Positions 1 to 9,900 of a DNA stretch of 27,179 nucleotides are shown piece after piece. This DNA comes from a virus (taxonomy: Duplodnaviria; Caudoviricetes). A program made the translations under genes and the position numbers. Below the pieces are notes generated by a model. It ran no database searches and had not been told where the DNA came from. It was given only the letters and a program-made list of their open reading frames with translations. Each line of letters begins with the position of its first letter. Within the stretch, counting starts at the first letter, position 1. The stretch is taken from the IMG/VR virus record IMGVR_UViG_3300016474_000359, positions 1-27,179 of that record. The stretch is one strand, 5' to 3'.

Positions 1-227
1 GGATCATCAACGGCCTCGACAAGGCCGACCAGATCGCCAGCCTCGCCGACCGGTTCCAGCTCGCCATGATGGCCGACGTGAAACCGGCTAAGCCCGTTGC
101 GCCGTCTGCGAAAAAACCCGTCCTTCCGACCATAAACCTGCCTTTACCGAAGGTATCATTCTGGTTTAAGTTGCGGCTGATAATGGCGCTGGTCCTCCCG
201 GCAATTAAGCGGATGTTCAAAAGATGA
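1..227 (+). CDS. 3' end of a probable phage endolysin (GH19/chitinase-like), truncated by the window edge
   Basis: Not in the ORF track. Frame 3 reads IINGLDKADQIASLADRFQLAMMADVKPAKPVAPSAKKPVLPTINLPLPKVSFWFKLRLIMALVLPAIKRMFKR*. The IINGxDKAxxIA motif resembles the end of phage GH19-type lysins. The stop (225-227) overlaps the next ATG as ATGA. Confidence 0.65.
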   Translation, partial: IINGLDKADQIASLADRFQLAMMADVKPAKPVAPSAKKPVLPTINLPLPKVSFWFKLRLIMALVLPAIKRMFKR

Positions 228-457
228 AGCCTTGGTACTCTAGCCGTACGATGTGGCTCAACATCGCGTCCATCGTCACGACGCTTTGCACGCTGGCTCT
301 GGGTAATATCCAGATGCTCGGGCTCCCCGATTTCGCGCTGTTCTGGTGGATGCTCGGGCTGACCTTGGTGGTCAACGTCTGCAATATCTATCTCCGGCTC
401 GACACGAAGGAAGCCATCGGCAAGCCTGCGGACGAGTTCAGAGGGGAACACGGTTGA
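224..457 (+). CDS. Small membrane protein with two predicted TM helices, holin-like
   Basis: 77 aa, two hydrophobic segments, KPWY.SRT.W N-terminus, charged C-terminus; translationally coupled to the lysin. Confidence 0.7.
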   Translation: MKPWYSSRTMWLNIASIVTTLCTLALGNIQMLGLPDFALFWWMLGLTLVVNVCNIYLRLDTKEAIGKPADEFRGEHG

Positions 458-483
458 CCGGGCGTCCGCGCCCGGTTTTTCTT
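457..483 (+). terminator. Intrinsic terminator
   Basis: Perfect 8-bp stem ACCGGGCG-TCCG-CGCCCGGT followed by TTTTCTT, directly at the stop of the 77-aa gene. Confidence 0.8.
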
Positions 484-555
484 AGGGGCTACGTCACCCC
501 ACCTTCGGCTTTGTGGCCGCGCTTGACGTGATGAACATATCTATTGAGGCCACAA

Positions 556-858
556 ATGCTCGGTCATGACATAGCGTTCTGGTTTGCGGCTCTCGGCTCC
601 GCCATCCTGAAGATACTCCTGAGCCCATGGATGGGCTTTTGGAAAGGGGTAATCTCTATTGTGGCTGCGCTGTTCTGCGCGATTGTGTTTACCGAGCCAG
701 TGCTCAATTATCTGAACATGGACCCCGAGACGTACAAAGCTGCGCTCGCCGCCCTGATCGCGCTCACGGGCGAAGGGATTGTCAGATGGCTCCTTCAAAT
801 CGCCACAGAACCCGGCAAGCTAGCCGAGATGCTGAAGAACATCCGGGGTCAGAAATGA
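556..858 (+). CDS. Second holin-like membrane protein (about 3 TM, 100 aa)
   Basis: ATG at 556 is preceded by GAGG (546-549), so it is preferred to the TTG at 544. Hydrophobic segments and a basic C-terminus (KNIRGQK). Confidence 0.7.
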   Translation: MLGHDIAFWFAALGSAILKILLSPWMGFWKGVISIVAALFCAIVFTEPVLNYLNMDPETYKAALAALIALTGEGIVRWLLQIATEPGKLAEMLKNIRGQK

Positions 859-956
859 ATGAAGACCCACGCCTGCCATGGTTTTGGATACTGGCTGTAG
901 CGTGGGCCTACTTCCTGCTGCTCGCGTGGCTGAATAACGCCGGGATGATGGGCTGA
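855..956 (+). CDS. 33-aa single-TM peptide (MNEDPRLPWFWILAVAWAYFLLLAWLNNAGMMG)
   Basis: ATGA overlap with the upstream stop (855-858); one clean aromatic-rich hydrophobic helix. It is the tail of the 627..956 track ORF. Confidence 0.55.
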   Translation: MNEDPRLPWFWILAVAWAYFLLLAWLNNAGMMG

Positions 957-959
957 CCG

Positions 960-3900
960 TTAGTCAGCCCTCCCTGTACCCTTCAGATACTCCACGCTTG
1001 CCCTGCGCATCAGGGCATCTTCCATCTCACGCAGTTCTTTCACCTGTGCCCGGATTTGCTCGATAGGCAGATCGCTCTTTTCAATTGCCCGGCGGCGCTT
1101 GCGAAGGGACGTAAGCTGCTTGTCGATAGCAGTGAAGATCGGGATCAGGTTGGTCAGCGCCGGGCGCTGTGCCGCGCGCTGCTGCGCCAGTTCGAAGTCC
1201 CCCATCTTCTGTGCCGCCTTGATCTGCTTGTCGTGCAGCAGGACCTTCTCGGCCTGAGTGTAGAAGCGGTCCACATTCGAGCGCGTCGTAACCGTGCCAG
1301 CGACCTTGGGGGCAAAAGGCAGCAGATTGAAGTCCTCAGTCATGTCGAACTGCCCTGTTGCCATTTTACCAACCGCTTCGACATTGCGCTGGATGAACCC
1401 GCCAGCCGCGCCTGTTATAAAATTTATTGCGTAATCGATCACTTCCGGCGACCAATCCCACCAACCGGGGATGGTCTCGTTGCCGCCCGAGATTGAGTTC
1501 AGGAACGCCGCCGTGTCCTTAGAAAGTTGACCTGTCGAGTTCCAATACTTCTGGCTGTTCGGCACCGGCAGACCGTCGAAGCTCGGGCGGTCGGGGACGA
1601 TATTATTTCCCGCGAAATCCTTGTTTTGGAGCAGGTCGACAACCGGGTCGGCCAACGTCGGCATTATGGCGTTGAGCAGCGTGCCCGAACCGCCGAGCGG
1701 GTTGAAGGCGTCGAACGCGGTTTCAAGCGTGTCGATACCGGCCTTGAGGAAGCTCTTGTTCGGAGCGCCCGTGGCCGCAGCCGCGAAGTTGCGGCCAAGG
1801 TTGTGGAAGAAGTTGAAGCCGTACGGCATCGGGAGGGCAATGTAGTTCTTGCCGCCGGTCATAAAGACCATGTTGTTCTTCAAGACGTAATCGGGGATTT
1901 CGTCGTAATCCTTGATGCCGTCGTCGTCTTCATCGCCGCTAAAGATCAAGCGGTTGATAACATCCATGATCGCGCCGAAGGCAACGATGCCAAGGGCGAG
2001 GCGCTGGACCTTCTTGTTCTTGAGGCCCTTGAGCAGCACAAACGTGCCAGACAGCGAGGCATTGTAGAACAGGTAGAGAGAGTTGGCGAGGACCTTATAC
2101 TCGCCGCCCTTGCCGAAGTTCACGGTCAGGTTCTTGGCGATGAACGCCGCCTGCGCCGGAGTTGCCCCAGCCCGGCGCGCATTGGCGTAGGCCGAGAGGC
2201 GAAGCGCATTTTCCGCCACCTTGTTGTAGTCCTCGACGAATTTGACGACGCCACCGATCATAGCCTTGGCGCTTTCCATCGTCTGACCGCTGGCGCTACC
2301 AGTGCTAGCCGCGCGTTTGCGCAGAGCCTCGGCAATCTGATCGACAGTCTTGATGCCGAGGAACTCGCTCGTGCCGCCGCCACGACGCATCTCGTCAAAC
2401 CACTCGGCCATCTCGCCTTCAACCTCGCCGGTTCGCAGCACCTTGCGGATAGCGGCGATAGCCGCCGGAGCGTCTTTGACTATCGCTGCGGCAAAGCCCT
2501 CGATGTCATAACGATTGGCAAGGATCGCCGCCGTCTGAAGATCGCGGGTGAAGTTGGTAACAAGGAAATTAGGGTTCCACCCTGTGTTGACTGTAGCGAG
2601 GTAACGGTTGAGGATCGACAGGGCCTGAACGATCTTGCCGTTGCGCGGTACGTTGTCGTTGCGCATGGCGCGCGCGACCCACTTGTCGCTGATCTGCATG
2701 ATGACATCACGGCCATTGAACTTGGCCGTGACGATGTCGGGACGCGACCGATAGTTCTGATCGGGCTGCGACCGGACCATGCCGTTCGAGGATCGCACCA
2801 GCTTGCTCGGCACCGTCGGCAGGATGATGCCGATGCTGTTGCCGGGGTTGTCTTGGATAAGTCGGGCCAGCGACTGCGCTACCTTGTTCTTTTCGGAACG
2901 AAGGATGGCTTCGTTGTGCTGGTTTACCAGATGCCCGACGATGTCGTAGGCGGTCGTGGTACGGCCAACCGGGCTACGGCTTTCTTTGCCGCCGATGTTG
3001 TAGCCCTTGCCGGTACGCGGCGCGTTCCGGTAGCTGTTCTCATCCGGATCGAGGTACTTGGGATCGATGCCCTTCAGCGGCACGTAGTACTTGAAAGGCG
3101 AGGCCAAGGCGTCTTCAGCGGAGATCAGACCGCCTTCGATGCGCACAGCCGTGGTGGCACGAGTGATGCGGTAAGCAAGCTGGGCAACGCTCTCCAGCTC
3201 GGCGGCTTTCCCTTCGGCCCGCATCTTGTTGATGAAGGCGTAAGCATCTGTGTCCGACATACCGGACGGGTTGGCACGCGGCGATTTGCGGGCTCGCAGG
3301 AAAGCATTGCGCTCGGGCGCGTGCTTTGCCAGCAGGTAGGTCTCGACGTTCTCGAAGCTGATGCCGTTCTTCACGGCGGCGTTGATCGCTTCGAACAGCG
3401 GTGTGTACAGCTCGGCCTCGGCGTCTTCGATCCGGTAGAATGCCTGACCTTCGGAAAGCTGCTGCACCTGATAGACGTTGTTCAGGTCGTCGACCTTGCC
3501 GCCGCTGTCGCGGATTTGCTGAATGGCATCTTCAAGCGACAGGTATCTGTCCTGAAGCTTGACGCGCAGATCATAAACCGAGGTGCCGAGGAAGTTGGTT
3601 TTGCTCTTCCCGAGCTGGCTCACCATCTTGGTGAGGTAGCCCTCGGTCGCGTCGTCGATCACCCACGTCGGCGACGACGCCGGGTCGGGCGGGACCTTGG
3701 CCCCGACCGTGTTCACGCTGTAGCGGATGTCAGGATTGGCCGCGTCCCAGTTACCATTGTTGCCAATGGCCGACTTGATCTGCGTCGGTTCGAAGACTAC
3801 GACTTCGCGGAATTTTTGGGCCGGGCTGTCACCAGTTGAAAAGATGATGCCATCGTGCCCAGCGGCTTTCGCCATATTCACCAACTCGTCGCCTATCGGC

Positions 3901-6900
3901 ATCCCGATCTTGTGCATGAGCGGGTTCTGAAGGGACAAATAGACGGGCATAGTGTTCGCCCCCGGAAGGTAATTCCGGTCCCAAGTTTCGTAGTCCATTG
4001 AGCTTGCGTGTTCCTCGGCAAACCCCGGGTCCGCCGAGAAATAGAAGACGCCCGTACCCAGCGCGGAACCGTTGCGACCGTCGGCCTCCCTGCGGCTGAA
4101 CACATTAAAGCTGGACGTGGTCGAATGATACATGCGCAATGGATAGCCGGTCGGGTCGACAACCTTGCTGTCGCCGAAGAACTTCTGAAATTTTTCCGAG
4201 CTCACGCTGAAGCGCTCGCCGCGCCGCTCGGGGTAGTACTCGAACGGGAAGCCGAGGGCCAGCGGTACGACCGTGTCGCCGTTGCGCAGGCCACTCACCT
4301 GACCGAACTCGCGCTTGCCCTTGGGGTAAAGCACCACCGGGATACGCTCGGCCTTACCGAGCAGAGCACGGGCCGCGTAGGCACCATCGCTCTCGGCCAC
4401 GCGCACCGCGCCACGGTCGCCCTCGAAAACGATGGAGGGCATGGCGTTGAACTTGTAGCCCGCGTCGGGCGCGGCGTCGAACACGGCTTGGTTCGGGTTC
4501 ACGCCGCCGGTCAGCGCCACAAAATCCTCGGGGCTCATGTAGGTCAGCACCGCGCCCTGATCGCCGTCGCGCGCCTGCACGATCTGGCGCTCAGCCACGT
4601 CGCCGCCAAAGTAACGGTTGCCGTCGAAGTTGCTGTTGAACGACACGGCAGGCGTGCCGGGCTCGCTCAATACCGAAGCCGGGGCGAGGTCCGTGCGACC
4701 ATAGTCCTTGCCGCCGGGCAGGCGCGCAGCGACACGACGCTGCTCTTCGGTCATTGGCACCGGCGCAACGCTCAGCCGCTCGGCCATGCGCGCCTCTTCG
4801 CCGGTGAGCTGCCCTGCCGTGGCCGGGCGGACCTCCATGTAGACGATGTCGGGGCGACCGTTGTTGAAGTTTTTGAACGTCTCGTAGTCCCAGTCCTTGG
4901 CCGCGCCGTTTTCGACGGTCGGCTTATACCGGTCGTTCCACGGGTCGCGGCCAACCTCGGCGAGGCCGTTCAGCTCATAGATATCGGGGAGCACGGTATC
5001 GAAACAGTCGAGCTTCTTGCCGCCCTCTTCGATGGCGAGGGTAAGCATGGGCTGGACTTGACCGCCGCCTGCCGAAAACACCGAGATGATATCGCCGTCA
5101 GGCTTGATGGCAAAACCGCCGGTGCGGTCTTCGGTCAGGAACAGACGGAAGCCCTGATAGTCCGCCGGGTCATAGAGGTACACCGCCGCCCCGTAGGGGC
5201 TGGCGAGCGCCGACTGTTTCAGCAGATCACGGAACGCGGTCGCGTTTTCGGGCGTGGCGTGTAGCTCATGGATCGTCGGAGCAGGCAGTTCCGCCAGCTC
5301 CAACGTGGTTTTGAACCCGCGCTCGGGTTTGAAGACAGTCTTTACGCCCCGAAGGCTTCGAGCATTTCCAGCGCTTTCTCCTCGGTAAACCCGTGGCGAC
5401 GCATTACGCTCTCTACTAATCCGGTCTGCGACGAAGATGGCGCGCTTGAGGAACCGAGCCCGCGCGCGGCGTTCTCCGCCATCAAGCCTTCCCACTGCTT
5501 CTTCGATGGAAGTGGGAGCGTATTCAGGTTGCCCCCCACGTCGCTGTTCCACTGCTCCTGTTCGTCCATCGGGCGAAACTCGGGCTTCTCGGTCGGCATC
5601 TTGGCGTCCTTTCATCCTTGCTTGGTCAATGGCTTCGGTAGAGAAGCCTTTAGCACGCGCCAGTGCCGCAGCGGCATTGGCGTAGTCCGGGGCCTCTTCG
5701 TCATCGTACCCCGAGGTATCGGCACGGCCCTTGGCGCTTTCATACAGGCGCTTCTCGGGATACCAGAGCAGCGCCTGCAAGTCCGACATGGTCAGGGCGT
5801 CAAAGCCCTGCCCATGAAGCACACGAAGAATGCCGTCCATCGCCGCCCGGATAAACGGGCGCTGGCTCTGGCTCGGCTGTTCAATCTGGCCGTCAAGATA
5901 GTTTGAAGCAGAGTTCGCCTGCCGACGCAAGAGGTCGCCGACGGGGACAAGCTTGCCCTTGGGGTCCCGTATCTGCTTCCCGATGATGTTCATCTGATCC
6001 CGAATGTCGGGGTCAGCCGAGGCTTCAGTCAGCGCCATCGCCACATCGGCGGGGGTTCCATTCAGACTGACCCCGGTCGCGGCTTCAAAGGCCGCAAATG
6101 CCGCCGGGTCTTGTTTGAGCACCTCGATGGTGCCGCTCATATTGGCGAGCGTCCGGTCGATATTGACCTGATCCTTCTCAACCAGCTTGCCGATCCACCG
6201 GCCCCACGTCCGCATCAACCAACGGTCGATGGTAAGGGCGTCAAATTTTCCGTTCAGATTGGCGAAGAAACCGTTGCCGATCTTCGGCCCGAACACCGCT
6301 GCGCCACGGACAACAGTATTGACACCCTCACCGTTGATCGAGAACCCGATGCGTTCGAGCTGGCCCACGGTGAACGGCGACATAAGGATGCGTTCGAGGG
6401 CCTCATGGCCGTACTCGTCCATCATCCGGTTGAAGAGTTCGAGCGACTGATTGATCTGGGTACGGGCTTTGCCGACGCCGACGTTGGTCGGCATCTGAGG
6501 CCGACCTTGGCTACGGCTCTCTTTCCAAGCTGAGTACGCCGCCTCGGCCAGCTCGAAATTCTTGTCAACCTTGAGCCCGTTCGAGGTGATGGCAAGCACC
6601 ACCTTGAACGCCAGCCTCGCCTCGGGGTCGGTCTTGATCTCGGGGTGGATCAGCGACATGACCTCAAGGGCTTCGCGCACAGTACGGTTGTACCAGCCGA
6701 TGGCGTTGGAGTTGGTCTGAAGCGCGTAGAGCGCATCCATGACGCCCTGCTTGACGAGGTGATAAAGCACCTGCTCGTTCTGCATTGTCAGGTCGACGCC
6801 TGCCTTGTCGGCGGCATCCTTGACGCGCTTCTCGATGGCGAGCTTCAGCTCGCGGCCCGTCTGAAACTTCTTCTTGCTGGTGAGCGCGAAAGCATTTTCG

Positions 6901-9900
6901 AGGGACGCGATTTTGCGCGTGCGGGTGAGGCCCGCGCCCTGTGTCTTCATGGCTGCGCGAGCGTTGACCGGCGCAATCGAGAACTTGGTGTCCTCGGTAT
7001 CAAACTCCTCGATGTCGCCCTGCTGGTCTTCGGCGCGCTGGATCAGTTCATACGCCGGGTCGGACGCGAGCAGCTTGTCGTCGAGCAGGAATGCTTTCTG
7101 CTGCGCAAACTCTTTCTTCTCGGACGGCAGGAAGTCGGGGTCGCCCAGAAGCGCCACCTTGCCGTCGGTGCGCCACAGATGCGGGCCGAAGTGATGCCAC
7201 GCGTCCTGCGCCAGCGTTTCGGTGGCGTAGGCGCGACGGGCCTCGGGCGAATACATCCGGGCGTGCTCGTGATAGGCGGTGAAGTCAGCGTCGTAGCCGG
7301 GGCGCAGCCCGATCTGGTCGTAGCCGAAGATGTCATGCACGACGCGGAACAGATCATTGTTGGTGAGCGCCGTGCCGTCAGCCGCCCTGATGCCGCTGTT
7401 CTGGCGCATGGGGTGATCGGCAAGGCTCGGGGTCGAACCGAACATGTCTTCGGTCAGCCGCATCTTAACGCGCTTGTTAGCGGTGATGTCGCGGCCCATC
7501 TCGGCAGCCGAGGCATAAGGCTGGCCGTTGCCGCGCCACGGCTCGACAGTGATGCCGAGCGAATTGAACATGGCTTTGGTTTCGGTGGTCAGCGCCGTGT
7601 ACGCGCGCTTCACCGCCGGGTTGCCGGGCTCGTGCTTGGCCTTGTCCTGAGCCTCGGCCACCTTCTGAATGAAGTCGATGTTCGGCTGCAATGTGGTAGG
7701 CAGGCTGGTCACGTCAGTAAGACCGGCCCTGTCCCTGTACGCCTGCGCCAGCGCCTGTGCCTGCGCCGGGTCCATGAACTCGCCCTCGGCGTAAGCCTTG
7801 TTGGCGTCGGTGCCGAGGACCGTCTTGAAGCCGGAACGACCGGCGTTGTCTTCGCGCGCCTGTTCACGCGCCGACAGATACTCAGCCGTCGCCATGCGCT
7901 TGGCGTTTTCGTCCGCAGCCTTGGTGCTGTCGCGCAGGTTCTGCACTGCGGCGTCAAGGCGCTGCCGGTTAACCGCGCGCTTGTTGTTCGCGCCCGGCGA
8001 GCGGACACGGTCAGCGACGAACCTGCCGGTGTCGATGTCCTCGAAGATGTCGCGGGGCAGGTTCATAACCAGACGGCGGAACCATGCAACAATCTGCTTG
8101 AACACGGTCGCGGGCTTGCCCGCCACCTTGCCGTCGGCCCAACTGCGGAAAGCCTCGGCTATGGCTTCTTCTTGAATGGCGTCGGGGCTATCGTAGCCGG
8201 GGATATCTTTATACAGACGCTCGGCCCGCTGAAGGAAAGTCTCGCCGTTCTCCCCCTTCGGGTCCTTGGACTTCCGCGCGTAGTTGACCAACGTCTTCCA
8301 GCCTTCTGTCTCAGGCCCGAGCAGGCCGGAGGTGCGGAGCTGGTGAATGGTTTCGTGGCGGATAATAGCCGCGAGCTTTTGAGTGATCTCCTCGACTGAC
8401 ATGTCGGGCGTGAAATGCTCAACGCTCAGCCGGACCAGCCGCTGGCTAGGGTTGAACGACCCTTCGATGACCTGACCGTCAGGCGTAGTCACGGCGTTGG
8501 TAAGCTGAATTTTGGTGCCGAGCAGCGGCAGGTTCATCTGCTTGGCCGTGCGCTCAAGCGCCGCGACTATTTCATCGACCCGGCCTTCCAAACCTTTGGG
8601 CGGCGTGTTGCGTACCGTGCCCATCTTGTTCAGCGCATCGGCGTGCGATTGCGCGTCGGCGGCATCGGCATGAACACCAACAATCTTTTGCCCGATGACT
8701 TTGCCGTCGGCGTCGAGCTGGTCCCGCACCAACTGGTAAGCGTCACCAGTTACATTTTCGACTTCGACATTCGAACCCTTGGGCGCGGCAGCACTATCTT
8801 GCGCAAGCTGAGCTGCGCCTTCCTGAGTTGCCGGGTAGGTGCCGCGCTCAACGCCGTCGATAAGCATACGATAGCCGGTGACAGTTTTTGTCGGGGCCAC
8901 GCGGTGCTGCGGTGTCGGGGCCGGGGCGGGCTCGCCCTTCGGCTGCGGCGGGCGCTCCATATTCTGGCTATACGACTTGCGGGCCTCGGCTTCTGTGGCG
9001 AAGCTATCGACCACGGCTTCGCCGAGGAAGTTGCCGTCCTTGTCATAGCGCTTCTGCACCACGCCAAAGGCGGTCTTGCCAGCGGGCTCGATGCGCAACT
9101 CCGAACGGGCTCCGCCCTTGGTGTCTTCGCCCTTGCGGATCGAGGCAATCTTGGCCTGCGCATCAGCATTAGTATTGAACACACCGAGCGACGTGGTCTT
9201 GCCGTCCTTGGTCTGGCGCACGCGCACAGCACCGACAGGCAGTTCGCGCACGACATGCGCCATCACCGCGCCTTCGGGAAGGTCCGTCGGAACCGTGGCG
9301 CGTTCATTGCGCATCTGATTGGCCGGGACCGGGCCATTCTTACCTTCGACCAGATGACCCCGGTCGATGAGCGCCTGCTTCAACTTCGCCATCTTGGACG
9401 TGCTGGTGATGCCAGTCGCGGACTTCAGAGCATCAAAACTGTAGCGACCCTTTTCGGTAATCGCCATGACAGCCGACTTGTACTGCTCTTCGGTGAAGGG
9501 CTCATCGGCAGCCAGCTTGGGGGTGGCAACCGTCTCTGGGAACTCAAGCGGATCAAGACCGCGCTTTTGATTGTCGAGTTCACGCAGCGCCGTGGTCGCG
9601 GGCTGCTTCAGCGCCTTGATCTTATCGATGGTGTCGTTCGGCACCTTGGCCGCGCGCAGCTCGTCGAGCGTGATCGGGGCGTCGGGATCGCGGCCAAGCT
9701 GAATGCGCTTGGCACGGATGTCGGTCACCTTGTCGCCGAGCAGATCGGCAACCGGGCCAGCATTGGCCTCAGCAGGCGTGACATGCACAGGCTTGAGCTG
9801 CTCCTGCGCCGACCGAGCGGTAAGCGAGGTGCGGTCTTTGCGGGTCTGTTCGTTAAGCCGGTCCTGCGTGTCGCGGAACGCCGTGCTAAAATCCTGCTCA

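Noticed and set aside
523-547. TTGACG as a sigma70 -35 element
   Set aside because: There is no acceptable -10 hexamer at 16-18 bp spacing.
627-854. N-terminal part of the 109-aa track ORF
   Set aside because: It overlaps the holin-like gene out of frame; only the 855 ATG-initiated tail looks real.
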